From the IMG/VR virus record IMGVR_UViG_3300020450_000017, positions 1 through 64,000 of that record: a DNA stretch of 64,000 bases; one strand, written 5' to 3'. The first letter of the stretch is position 1. Each line of letters starts with the position of its first letter. This stretch comes from a virus. The translations under genes were made by a program, and so were the position numbers. This document shows positions 18,894 to 28,582 of the stretch, piece by piece. The notes under the pieces are model-generated. The model made no database searches. It was not told the DNA's origin and was given only the letters and a program-made list of their open reading frames with translations.

Positions 18894-19905
18894 TTTCGAA
18901 GATATCTTAAACAATATATCCCGTGAAGAGAAGCACCCTAATGACAGGGTGCTTCTTATTGACGGACTAAACATATTTCTAAGAGCATTTGCTGTAAATG
19001 GTGCACTAAATGAAAAAGGTGTTCCTGTAGGTGGTATTATGGGTTTTATGAAATCCCTTGCACTTGCCATTAGACAAATGGAACCAACTAGGGTAATTGT
19101 TGTTTATGATGGTGCCGGGGGTAGTAAAAGACGAAGAAAAATCAACCCAGACTATAAATCAAACAGAACCCCTAAGCGTGTAACTAAATTTGATGCTTTT
19201 AACTCATTGCAAGATGAGAAGGAAGCAATGAAGATTCAATTTAGAAGACTACTCAGTTACCTTGAGTTACTTCCAATTGATGTTTACAGCGTGGACAATG
19301 TTGAAGCGGACGATGTAATTGCGTATATCGCGCAAAATGTGCTAGGAAACGAAGCAATCATTATGTCCGCTGACCAGGATTTTTTACAATTAGTAAACGA
19401 TCGAATTGTAGTTTGGTCACCAAATAAGAAAAAATACTACACAAAAGAGCAAATATTTACTGAATATGGAATACCAGCCCATAATTTTTTAATGTATAAA
19501 TGTTTAATGGGTGATAAATCAGATAACCTTGAAGGTATTAAAGGTTTAGGCCCTAAAAAAATGGCTAAGGTACTTCCAGATATTACTGGAAAAGAGGTTA
19601 ATTTAGATTATCTTATACGTTATTCTTCAACACAAGATAGTTTAATGCATAAACGAATTATTGAAAATAGAGTAACGTTGGAAACAAACGAAAAGATGAT
19701 GTCACTTAAAGACCCAATTATGTCAGGTCAAATAAAAATTCAAATAAGTGATTTAGCTTCTCGTCCAACAAATTTGCTCCACCGAAATGATTTTATTATG
19801 TTATATAATGAAGATTATATGGGAAATAACTTACAGAATCCTGATATATGGTTAAATGAACATTTTCTTAAACTAAATAATCTTGCAAAATTAACACATG
19901 AGTAA
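18886..19905 (+). CDS. 5'-3' exonuclease / flap endonuclease (T4 RNase H-like)
   Basis: LIDGLN, YK.NR, EADDVIA, SADQDFLQL, GDKSDN..GIKG.GPK. Confidence 0.92.
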   Translation: MSNFEDILNNISREEKHPNDRVLLIDGLNIFLRAFAVNGALNEKGVPVGGIMGFMKSLALAIRQMEPTRVIVVYDGAGGSKRRRKINPDYKSNRTPKRVTKFDAFNSLQDEKEAMKIQFRRLLSYLELLPIDVYSVDNVEADDVIAYIAQNVLGNEAIIMSADQDFLQLVNDRIVVWSPNKKKYYTKEQIFTEYGIPAHNFLMYKCLMGDKSDNLEGIKGLGPKKMAKVLPDITGKEVNLDYLIRYSSTQDSLMHKRIIENRVTLETNEKMMSLKDPIMSGQIKIQISDLASRPTNLLHRNDFIMLYNEDYMGNNLQNPDIWLNEHFLKLNNLAKLTHE

Positions 19906-21241
19906 GTTAGAACAGTACGGCCACAATTTCCAGGTTAAAGTACTATCTACACTTGTTAAAGATAGAGAATTTATCCAACAAGTAGCAGATATTGTATCTC
20001 CTGATTTTTTTGATAATGAAGCTAATAAGTGGATTGTAAGCAAAACCTTAGAATACTTTAATGAATTTAGAACTACCCCTACAATGGAGGTATTTAAAGT
20101 TGAAGTAGAAAAGATCCGTAATGAAATTCAACAAGTTGCTGTAAAAGAACAACTTAAAGAAACATTTAAATCTACTAAATCACAGGATCTTGATTTTGTT
20201 AAACAAACATTTCTTGATTTTTGCAGGAACCAAACACTTAAATCCGCCCTTCTTTCCTCAGTTGATCTACTTGAAATAGGAAATTATGAAGATATCCGTA
20301 GACTTATTGATAATGCACTTAAAGCAGGTGTAGAAAAAAATCTTGGTCACGATTATATGGATGAAATTGAAGCCCGTTACCAAGAAGAAGCCCGAAACAC
20401 AATTGAAACCCCATGGAATGAGATTAATAGTTTATTAAGTGGTGGTTTAGGTACAGGTGATTTAGGTTTACTTGTAGGTAATCCTGGTGGAGGTAAATCG
20501 TGGGCACTTGTTGCTTTAGGTGGACATGCCGTTAAACTTGGTTATACAGTTTTACATTATACACTTGAACTTTCTGACATGTATGTTGGTCAGAGATATG
20601 ATGCTTTCTTTACAGAAATACCAGTTAATGAGATTAAAATCCATAAAACAACTGTTAAAGAAGAACTAGGAAATATGAGAGGAAAATTGTATATTAAACA
20701 ATATCCTGCGGGTAAAGCCAACGTAAATACGATATTAGCGCATGTAGATAAATGTCGCGGCCAAGGCATTGAGCCTGATCTTATTGTATTAGATTACGCG
20801 GATCTTTTATATACCAGGAATGGAAAAGAAAAACGAGATAAATTGGATGACATTTATACTTCATTAAGAGGATTAGCTACTGAATTAAAAATCCCTATTT
20901 GGACAGCATCACAAAGTAATAGATCAGCAGCTCGAGATAATATTATACAAGGTGACCAAATTGCAGAAAGTTATTCAAAAATTATGATTTCAGATTTTGC
21001 TCTCTCATTATCAAGAAAAACCGAGGATAAAGAAAATGGTACTGGAAGATTCCATGTTATGAAAAATAGATATGGAGCGGATGGCTTAACATTTAATGCA
21101 CTTATGGATACATCTATAGGAAAAATTGATTTTACTAACCGTATAAATAATGAAGAAACCAGCAGTCCTGATGGAGCAGGTTTTACAGGAAATGAAAGAA
21201 GAAATCTCCAAAGGGCTGCTGAAAATATTTTTAACTTTTAA
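19898..21241 (+). CDS. Replicative helicase (DnaB/gp41-like)
   Basis: GNPGGGKS, YTLEL, LDYADL, WTASQ.NR, KNRYG. Confidence 0.92.
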   Translation: MSKLEQYGHNFQVKVLSTLVKDREFIQQVADIVSPDFFDNEANKWIVSKTLEYFNEFRTTPTMEVFKVEVEKIRNEIQQVAVKEQLKETFKSTKSQDLDFVKQTFLDFCRNQTLKSALLSSVDLLEIGNYEDIRRLIDNALKAGVEKNLGHDYMDEIEARYQEEARNTIETPWNEINSLLSGGLGTGDLGLLVGNPGGGKSWALVALGGHAVKLGYTVLHYTLELSDMYVGQRYDAFFTEIPVNEIKIHKTTVKEELGNMRGKLYIKQYPAGKANVNTILAHVDKCRGQGIEPDLIVLDYADLLYTRNGKEKRDKLDDIYTSLRGLATELKIPIWTASQSNRSAARDNIIQGDQIAESYSKIMISDFALSLSRKTEDKENGTGRFHVMKNRYGADGLTFNALMDTSIGKIDFTNRINNEETSSPDGAGFTGNERRNLQRAAENIFNF

Positions 21242-21254
21242 CAGTATATACTGT
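21241..21254. promoter_or_regulatory. Perfect 14-bp palindrome upstream of nrdB (candidate operator)
   Basis: ACAGTATATACTGT abutting TATTTATC. Confidence 0.45.
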
Positions 21255-21291
21255 ATTTATCGCTACAACAATAAAAAAAATTTAAATTAAA

Positions 21292-22275
21292 ATGGCAAAG
21301 AAAGACTTAAAAGAAGAACGGATTGTATATAAGCCATTCGAATATCCAGAAGCTTTTGATTACTGGTTAAAACAACAACAGGCACATTGGATTCATACTG
21401 AAGTACCTATGATGAGTGATATCAATGATTGGAAGCAAAATCTAACAGAAACGGAAAAAAATATAATTGGTTCTATCTTAAAAGGCTTTGCCCAAACCGA
21501 AACAGTAGTAAACGACTATTGGACAGGATTGGTTACAAAATGGTTTAGAAAACCAGAAATCATAGCAATGGCGACCACCTTTGGGGCTATGGAAACAATA
21601 CACGCCGAAGCATATTCACTATTAAATGAAGAACTTGGACTTGACGACTTTAGCGAATTTCTCGAAGACGAGACTACAATGGCTAAGATTGAGAATCTTA
21701 TGTCAGTTAGGGATAGTTTTAATAACGAAAAAGATTGGCATGAAATTGCCAAATCGCTTGCAATATTTTCTGCTTTTACAGAAGGAGTTAACTTATTTTC
21801 TTCCTTCGCCATACTTCTCTCTTTCAAGATGCGAAATAAACTTAAGGGAGTGGGACAGATTGTTGAGTGGAGCATTAGAGACGAAAGCATGCACTCAGAT
21901 GCGGGATGCTGGTTATTTAGAACACTTATCAAGGAAAACCCTGAGCTCGACACTCCGGAGCTCAAAACGGCGATAACAGAAGCCGCATTACTTTCTTTAC
22001 AACTCGAACTTGATTTTATTGAAAAAGTTTATGAGTTAGGAGATCTTGAAGGGTGTTCTAAAGAAGATTTAATTTGCTTTATTAAACATAGAGTAAATAC
22101 AAAATTAGGTGATTTAGGGTATGATCCAGTAGTAAATGGAATTGATCCAAATGCACTTAAGAGAATGAAATGGTTTGATAGCTTATCAGCGGGTAAGCAA
22201 CACACTGATTTCTTTGCAAACAGAGTAACAAATTATTCAAAAGGAACCCATAACTGGGACGAATCAATATTTTAA
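21292..22275 (+). CDS. nrdB: Class I ribonucleotide reductase beta subunit
   Basis: YKPFEYP, E.IHAEAY, TEGV.LFSSF, RDESMH, DFF..RVT.Y. Confidence 0.95.
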   Translation: MAKKDLKEERIVYKPFEYPEAFDYWLKQQQAHWIHTEVPMMSDINDWKQNLTETEKNIIGSILKGFAQTETVVNDYWTGLVTKWFRKPEIIAMATTFGAMETIHAEAYSLLNEELGLDDFSEFLEDETTMAKIENLMSVRDSFNNEKDWHEIAKSLAIFSAFTEGVNLFSSFAILLSFKMRNKLKGVGQIVEWSIRDESMHSDAGCWLFRTLIKENPELDTPELKTAITEAALLSLQLELDFIEKVYELGDLEGCSKEDLICFIKHRVNTKLGDLGYDPVVNGIDPNALKRMKWFDSLSAGKQHTDFFANRVTNYSKGTHNWDESIF

Positions 22276-22278
22276 AAA

Positions 22279-23988
22279 ATGGATGGAAATTTAGTAGCAG
22301 ACACAACCCAGTGGGTTGCAGGGAAGGACTACCCTGAATGGATGGATGAAGTTGGAGTAGCAACTATATCAAAAGGATATTTATTACCAGATGAAACACC
22401 AAAAAAAGCATATAGAAGAGTCGCACATGCAATCGCAACCCGGATTAATAGACCGGATTTGGAAAATAAGTTCTACAGATACATTTGGAACGGTTGGATT
22501 GGCCTTGCTTCTCCCGTGTTGTCTAACACTGGGACCGATAGGGGTCTTCCCATCAGCTGTTTTGGTATTGATACACCTGACAGCATTAGGGGAATTGGAT
22601 TAACTAACGCTGAACTTATGAAACTTACAGCACTTGGGGGTGGTGTAGGTATTAGTGTTTCTAGAATCAGACATAGAGGTACCCCCATATCAGGTAATGG
22701 TAAATCAGAGGGAGTTGTACCGTGGTGTAAAATTTATGATTCTGCAATTATTGCTACTAATCAAGGATCAGTTCGCAGAGGTGCTGCTTCAGTAAATTTA
22801 GATATTAATCACCTTGATATAGAAGAATTTATGCAAATTCGTAGACCTAAAGGTGACCCTAATAGACAATGTCTTAATCTCCATCAATGTGTAGTTGTAG
22901 ATGATGCCTTTATGAGGCGTTTACAAGATAGAGATGGTGAAGCAATGAAACTTTGGTTAGAAATTCTTAAAACCAGAGTAGAAACAGGTGAACCTTATAT
23001 TATGTTTAAGGATAATGTTAATAAAAATAATCCTTTAGCATACGCTATGAATAATTTAGACGTTACTATGACTAATATTTGTACTGAAATTACGCTCCAT
23101 ACAGATGAAGAACATAGTTTTATTTGTTGCTTATCATCTCTTAATCTTGCTAAATATGATGAATGGAAAGATACAGATGTAGTAGAAATAGCTACTCGTT
23201 TCTTAGATGGTGTAATGCAAGAGTTTATAGATAAAAGTAATGGTAAAGATTCACTCATAAGAACCCACAGACATGCTTTAAAGGGTAGAGCATTAGGTTT
23301 AGGGGTAATGGGTTGGCATTCTTTCTTACAACAAAAAGGATTACCATTTAATTCTATAGCTTCAACAGCTTGGACACATACGATTTTTAGCGATTTAAGA
23401 AATAAAGCAGAAGCTACTTCTAGAGAATTAGCCCAGGAATATGGTGAACCTGTATGGTGTAGAGGTACAGGTATGAGAAATACCCATTTAATTGCTATTG
23501 CTCCTACAGTATCTAATTCTCGTTTAAATAGTTGCTCTGCAGGTATTGAACCTATTCCTGCAAATATCTATACTTTTAATGGAGCTAAAGGAACATTTAT
23601 TGTTAAAAATAAAGAGTTAGAAACATTATTAGAATCTAAAGGTAAAAACACTGAAAAAGTATGGGACCAAATATTAGCTGATAATGGGTCAGTTCAAAAT
23701 TTACATCATGATATACTTACTGAATCCGAAAAGGAAGTATTCCTTACATTTAGTGAAGTAAATCAATTAGAATTAGTACGCCAAGCAGCTATAAGACAAA
23801 AATATATTGATCAAACACAATCACTTAATTTAAGTTTTGACCCTACAGATTCTCCGAAATGGATTAATCAGTGTCACTTAGAAGCTTGGAAATTAGGAGT
23901 AAAGACATTATATTACCTAAGAACCGATTCTGTAATTAAAGGGGATTTAGGTTCACGAACAGCAGAATGTATAAGTTGCGATGGATAA
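22279..23988 (+). CDS. nrdA: Class I ribonucleotide reductase alpha subunit (short, no ATP-cone seen)
   Basis: ISCF, GGGVG, RRGA, TNICTEI, AIAPT, DQ.QSLN, KTLYY, C-terminal CISCDG. Confidence 0.95.
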   Translation: MDGNLVADTTQWVAGKDYPEWMDEVGVATISKGYLLPDETPKKAYRRVAHAIATRINRPDLENKFYRYIWNGWIGLASPVLSNTGTDRGLPISCFGIDTPDSIRGIGLTNAELMKLTALGGGVGISVSRIRHRGTPISGNGKSEGVVPWCKIYDSAIIATNQGSVRRGAASVNLDINHLDIEEFMQIRRPKGDPNRQCLNLHQCVVVDDAFMRRLQDRDGEAMKLWLEILKTRVETGEPYIMFKDNVNKNNPLAYAMNNLDVTMTNICTEITLHTDEEHSFICCLSSLNLAKYDEWKDTDVVEIATRFLDGVMQEFIDKSNGKDSLIRTHRHALKGRALGLGVMGWHSFLQQKGLPFNSIASTAWTHTIFSDLRNKAEATSRELAQEYGEPVWCRGTGMRNTHLIAIAPTVSNSRLNSCSAGIEPIPANIYTFNGAKGTFIVKNKELETLLESKGKNTEKVWDQILADNGSVQNLHHDILTESEKEVFLTFSEVNQLELVRQAAIRQKYIDQTQSLNLSFDPTDSPKWINQCHLEAWKLGVKTLYYLRTDSVIKGDLGSRTAECISCDG

Positions 23989-24172
23989 TGATAAAGAATT
24001 AGAACAATTATTAGGCGATTTAAATAAAATTATAAGCCTTTTTAAAAAAATGGAAAACTCTTCTTTAGATGATGTGGATTCCTTAAAAAAAGCGAGTACC
24101 TTACTACAAAAAGAATTAAAAGAACGTTATGGCGAAAAAAATACCCCCGAAACCGACACACCGGAAGCGTAG
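23981..24172 (+). CDS. Hypothetical protein
   Basis: 63-aa ORF overlapping both neighbours. Confidence 0.55.
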   Translation: MDNDKELEQLLGDLNKIISLFKKMENSSLDDVDSLKKASTLLQKELKERYGEKNTPETDTPEA

Positions 24173-24656
24173 TCCATTTTATTGGTGGAGACGTTTTCCT
24201 ACCCATAAGGGTCTTCACCACTATAAACCCCTTATTGAGCGTATCAAAAACGGTGATTTCGATTATCCTGAGTATTTTGAGCAAGCTGAATGGGAGGAGC
24301 AATGGTGCCGAGAAGAAATTGAGTCAAAAAGACATCTATTTAAGGATACCCAAAATTTCTTAGAAGAGTCTCGTTCTATTGAGCGTAGATATCGTAAGCG
24401 TCAAAATCTCCTTATTAAGGACGGTTATGAGACTGAACAAAAACGACTCAAAGAGCTTATTAAGCAGTTTACTATTACATTTGGTGGTTCAAAACAGGAT
24501 GTAATTGCAGTTATGGAAAAATTTGATGGTACCCTTGAAGAAATGTACTATTATTACGCCGAACTTAAGGGCATTAAAAACGTTAGTTTGCTTGAAACTA
24601 TGCCTGTAAAAAGACGTGGAAGAGGGAGGCCTCGTAAAAATCCTTTGATACAATAA
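24129..24656 (+). CDS. Hypothetical protein with C-terminal AT-hook
   Basis: KRRGRGRPRK. Confidence 0.6.
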   Translation: MAKKIPPKPTHRKRSPFYWWRRFPTHKGLHHYKPLIERIKNGDFDYPEYFEQAEWEEQWCREEIESKRHLFKDTQNFLEESRSIERRYRKRQNLLIKDGYETEQKRLKELIKQFTITFGGSKQDVIAVMEKFDGTLEEMYYYYAELKGIKNVSLLETMPVKRRGRGRPRKNPLIQ

Positions 24657-24660
24657 TAAT

Positions 24661-25125
24661 ATGGGAAAATTTCAATCAACAAAATTATTTGACGGATTTA
24701 GCTGTGTGTTTCGTCAATGGAAAGCAGAAAATACACACTGTAGATTTATGCATGGCTATGGAGTCAGCTTTAGAGTTTGGTTTGAGGGTAGTTTAGATGG
24801 CCGAAATTGGGTATGGGATTTCGGTGGTATGAAACGTGCTCAAACTAAAATTGATGGTATGAGTCCTAAAGCATGGATGGATTATATGTTTGATCATACT
24901 ATACTCGTTGCTAAAGACGATCCTATGATAAATCTTATTAATGATTTAGAACATAACCAAATTGCTCAGGTAAGAGTAGTCGAAGCAACCGGAGCAGAAA
25001 AATTTGCTGAATTTATATTTGGTAAATTAAATACATTTGTACAAACAGAAACTAACGGTAGAGTTAGAGTAGCTAAAGTAGAATTTATGGAACATGGGAA
25101 GAACACAGCAATCTACGAAGGTTAA
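24661..25125 (+). CDS. queD: 6-carboxy-5,6,7,8-tetrahydropterin synthase
   Basis: HCRFMHGY, DFG, FDH, AE..A..I, final E. Confidence 0.9.
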   Translation: MGKFQSTKLFDGFSCVFRQWKAENTHCRFMHGYGVSFRVWFEGSLDGRNWVWDFGGMKRAQTKIDGMSPKAWMDYMFDHTILVAKDDPMINLINDLEHNQIAQVRVVEATGAEKFAEFIFGKLNTFVQTETNGRVRVAKVEFMEHGKNTAIYEG

Positions 25126-25906
25126 AGTATCCCATGAGGTACCTCTACAATTATTAGAGGAAAGTAAACAATTTAATGATTATGATTATTGTTTACCCCA
25201 TCTTTTAGACCAATATAAAGTATATAAAGATTATTTCTACCAAGCTAAAAAGGAAGGTAGATATATAATTATGGATAACTCACTCCATGAATTAGGTAAA
25301 GCATATGATACATCACGTTTGTTATATTGGATTTCTGAACTAGAACCAGACGAATTTATTGTCCCTGATGTTTGGGAAAACGGCCATTACAGTGTAAGAA
25401 ATGCTAAAACATGGTCTACAATTGAAATGCCCGATAACACTACTAAAGTAGCTGTAGTGCAAGGTAAATCATATTCAGATTTTGTTAATGGCTACCAATC
25501 ATATAAGTGGTTTGGTTATCAAAAAATAGCCTTTAGTTATGGTGCCTCTTGGTTTGAAGAATGTTTTAAACACCCAAACTTATACGTAGCTAAAATGATG
25601 GGCCGTTTAAAAACTATTACTAATTTATATAAGGGGGGACTTATCAGTGATACTGATAGAGTTCATCTTTTAGGTTGCAATTTACCTCAAGAATATCTTT
25701 ATTATAAAGATTTTAAATTTATAGAGTCTATAGATACTTCAAATCCTATCATACATGGTTTAGAAGGAATTAGGTATTCAGAGGGGGGCTTATTACAGAA
25801 AAGTAAACAAAAAATCGATAAAGACTTTACTCAAAAAGTCACACCTAAACAAAAAGAAAACATTCTATATAATATAGAAATGTTTAGAAAAATAAACAAT
25901 TTATGA
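25094..25906 (+). CDS. dpdA: TGT-fold DNA 7-deazaguanine transglycosylase candidate (DpdA-like)
   Basis: IMDNS, PDV, VVQG, HLLG, SIDTS motifs of TGT/DpdA barrels; embedded among que genes. Confidence 0.7.
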   Translation: MGRTQQSTKVKVSHEVPLQLLEESKQFNDYDYCLPHLLDQYKVYKDYFYQAKKEGRYIIMDNSLHELGKAYDTSRLLYWISELEPDEFIVPDVWENGHYSVRNAKTWSTIEMPDNTTKVAVVQGKSYSDFVNGYQSYKWFGYQKIAFSYGASWFEECFKHPNLYVAKMMGRLKTITNLYKGGLISDTDRVHLLGCNLPQEYLYYKDFKFIESIDTSNPIIHGLEGIRYSEGGLLQKSKQKIDKDFTQKVTPKQKENILYNIEMFRKINNL

Positions 25907-26373
25907 ATTTAGTCTTAATTACTATTACAATATGTGCATTAGCATTTACTTATTATGTATGGAGATTCCATGACCAATTAGCTGAAAGAAAAGCAGAAGC
26001 CCAATTAGCAAAATGGAAACTTAAAGAAGAAAAAGCAATTAGAGAAGATGCTTATCAGCGCTCTAGAGCAGTTAGTTTTGGAAAAACAATAGAACATTAT
26101 GTTCCATTTATGGAAAATTTTCCAATAAATCCTAACGATATAAGATTTTTTGGCAACCCAATTGATTATATAGCTTTTACAGATATGGGATCTAAAAAGA
26201 AATGTGCCGTACATTTTTTAGAAGTTAAAAGTGGAGAAAGTCAACTAAACGGTAGGCAAAGAAATATTAAAGATGCTATTCAAAAAGGTAGAGTATATTG
26301 GCATGAATATAATGCTAAGGGTATTTGGGAACATGAGACTAAGGACGAACATTTAAATAAAGAAATAAAATGA
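25903..26373 (+). CDS. Holliday-junction-resolvase-like PD-(D/E)XK endonuclease with N-terminal membrane anchor
   Basis: SRAV..G...E...P, RF.G.PIDYI.F, EVKSG..L...QR.I. Confidence 0.75.
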   Translation: MNLVLITITICALAFTYYVWRFHDQLAERKAEAQLAKWKLKEEKAIREDAYQRSRAVSFGKTIEHYVPFMENFPINPNDIRFFGNPIDYIAFTDMGSKKKCAVHFLEVKSGESQLNGRQRNIKDAIQKGRVYWHEYNAKGIWEHETKDEHLNKEIK

Positions 26374-27176
26374 AAAAACAAGCAGTATTGTCACTAAGTG
26401 GAGGTATGGACAGCTCCACAGTGTTGCTTCATCTACTCGCCAATGGCTATGAAGTGACAGCACTGTCTTTCGATTATGGGCAGAAACACAGAGTAGAACT
26501 CGAACGAGCCCAACAATTAGTCAATTATATTAACTTAAACAGGCTTACAGAACCTAATGTTAAATATGGAGTAATTAAACTTGATGGTTTAGCTCCTATG
26601 CTTAATAGTGCTCTTGTAGAAGGTGGAGATGAAGTACCTGAAGGACACTATGAACAAGAAAACATGAAAGAAACTGTTGTTCCTAACCGTAATAAAATAT
26701 TTTCATCATTAATCCAGGCTGTTGCCCTATCTATCGCAAATGAAAAACAAACAGAAGTCCATATCGCAATGGGTATTCACGCAGGTGATCACGCTATTTA
26801 CCCTGACTGTAGACAAGAATTCAGGGATGCTGACTATAAGGCTTTCACCGAAGGTAACTGGGACGCTGATCGCGTTAGCTATATTACCCCTTATCTTAAT
26901 GGGGATAAATACGATATTTTGGTTGATGGGGCCGAGTGCTGCGAGCGATTGGGGTTACAATTTGACGACGTTTATGCACTCACAAATACTTCTTATAAGC
27001 CCATTAATATTAATGGGACTTGGTACAGTGATTATAAATCAGCTTCATCGGTGGAAAGGGTTGAAGCCTTTCTTAAGATGGGAAAACCTGATCCAGTCGC
27101 ATACGCTGATGAATCAGGACCTGTCAATTGGAATGTTGTACAAAAGCATGTTGAACAAGTATTAAATAATGCGTAA
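26370..27176 (+). CDS. queC: 7-cyano-7-deazaguanine (preQ0) synthase
   Basis: SGGMDS, FDYGQKH..E, VPNRN, YPDCR.EF. Confidence 0.93.
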   Translation: MKKQAVLSLSGGMDSSTVLLHLLANGYEVTALSFDYGQKHRVELERAQQLVNYINLNRLTEPNVKYGVIKLDGLAPMLNSALVEGGDEVPEGHYEQENMKETVVPNRNKIFSSLIQAVALSIANEKQTEVHIAMGIHAGDHAIYPDCRQEFRDADYKAFTEGNWDADRVSYITPYLNGDKYDILVDGAECCERLGLQFDDVYALTNTSYKPININGTWYSDYKSASSVERVEAFLKMGKPDPVAYADESGPVNWNVVQKHVEQVLNNA

Positions 27177-27942
27177 AAGAATAGAAGATTATAATAAGGT
27201 ACTACCAATAGTAGAAATATATCGTTGTGTGCAAAGTGAGGGATCTCGTTTTGGGCGCCCTACTATTGCCGTTAGAACAACAGGTTGTACTCACCGCTGT
27301 TGGTTTGGTGAAGGGGGTTGGTGTGATAGTTGGTATACAAGTATTCACCCAGATAAAGGTACTTTTACTTTTAATGATATAATCGCTATTTATGACGAGA
27401 ACCCTCAAGTAAAGGAAATGATGCTTACGGGGGGTTCGCCTTCAATGCATTTTGCCTTAGTAAATGAAATTACACACTTTGCCAAAGAAAGAGGAATCCT
27501 CGTTACAATTGAAACCGAGGGATCCCATTTTCTCGAGACTGATTATCCGATTAATCTCATTTCTCTTAGCCCTAAGTTTTCTAATTCTGTGCCTAGGGTG
27601 GGTATTACTACTCCCGGTGGTAAAATTGTTGATGAAAGGTTTGTCAAAATTCATAATAGGCATAGATTACATTATGAAAACATTAGGAAAACTTTAGATT
27701 ATCATGAAGATTACCATTTTAAACCCGTTTGGGATGGTACAGATGAAAATTTAAAAGAAATAGAGGAATTTAGAGTTAAAATGGAAATTCCTAAGAATAA
27801 AACATTTGTAATGCCCGCAGGTGATACTCGTGAAACATTAGTTGAAATGTATCCTAAAGTATTTGAAATGGTAGCAGAACATGGTTATAATATGACGGGA
27901 AGAGATCATATTATAGCATACAACACAGAAAGGGGGGTTTAA
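27169..27942 (+). CDS. queE: 7-carboxy-7-deazaguanine synthase (radical SAM)
   Basis: VQSEG...G.P...VR..GC...C...CDS, TGG.P, IETEG, LSPK. Confidence 0.9.
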   Translation: MRKRIEDYNKVLPIVEIYRCVQSEGSRFGRPTIAVRTTGCTHRCWFGEGGWCDSWYTSIHPDKGTFTFNDIIAIYDENPQVKEMMLTGGSPSMHFALVNEITHFAKERGILVTIETEGSHFLETDYPINLISLSPKFSNSVPRVGITTPGGKIVDERFVKIHNRHRLHYENIRKTLDYHEDYHFKPVWDGTDENLKEIEEFRVKMEIPKNKTFVMPAGDTRETLVEMYPKVFEMVAEHGYNMTGRDHIIAYNTERGV

Positions 27943-28085
27943 TGAAGGAACAAGCACTTGAGATTTTAGAAGAAATAAGAGATAATGTTACTATATGCTG
28001 TGCTGTAACTATGGAACCTGATGAGGTAGAAGAATTAATAGATAAGTTAAAAAAAGTTATAGAAGAAGAATGGAACAAGCAATAA
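27942..28085 (+). CDS. Small hypothetical protein (47 aa, not in ORF track)
   Basis: TAATG coupling to queE; MKEQALEILEEIRDNVTICCAVTMEP... Confidence 0.55.
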   Translation: MKEQALEILEEIRDNVTICCAVTMEPDEVEELIDKLKKVIEEEWNKQ

Positions 28086-28582
28086 GTGAAAAAGATTTAG
28101 ATATTAAAATTAAAATCTTAGCTAAACAAATAAATGATGAACATAGAGGTGATCCTACTCCTATTGTAATGGTGTGTATATTAAATGGGGGATTTATGTT
28201 TTTTAGTGATTTAGTAAAAGAAATAGAGATTCCTGTTGAAATAGATTTTATTCGTTGTAAATCTTATTTTGGTAGAAAACAAGGTGATTTAGTTGTGTCA
28301 AAAGATCTAGAAACTAAAATTAAAGGTAAACATGTTTATTTAGTAGATGATATTTTAGATTCTGGAAATACTATGGTAGCTGTTAAAAAATTTCTATCTG
28401 TTAAAGAACCTAAATCAATAACTCCAGTAGTAGCAATTTATAAAGAAAGTGTGGATTTTGATAGGGTTCTTCATATATTATATCAAGATGTAGATTCTAT
28501 ATTTGATCCTTGGTATATAGGATATGGTATGGATGATGATAAGGGACATAATAGAAATTTAAAAACAATTTATACTATATAA
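28070..28582 (+). CDS. hpt: Hypoxanthine/guanine phosphoribosyltransferase-like protein
   Basis: IL.GGFMFFSDL, SY, PRPP motif VYLVDDILDSGNT, IGYGMD...RNL. Confidence 0.88.
   Translation: MEQAISEKDLDIKIKILAKQINDEHRGDPTPIVMVCILNGGFMFFSDLVKEIEIPVEIDFIRCKSYFGRKQGDLVVSKDLETKIKGKHVYLVDDILDSGNTMVAVKKFLSVKEPKSITPVVAIYKESVDFDRVLHILYQDVDSIFDPWYIGYGMDDDKGHNRNLKTIYTI

Noticed and set aside
21241-21254. NrdR box
   Set aside because: Centre is GTATATAC rather than the wATATATw register of NrdR boxes; kept only as a generic palindrome
25094-25906. tRNA-guanine transglycosylase for queuosine
   Set aside because: Short, lacks the CxCxxC zinc motif of bacterial Tgt, and no queF or queA present; DNA-acting DpdA-like is more consistent
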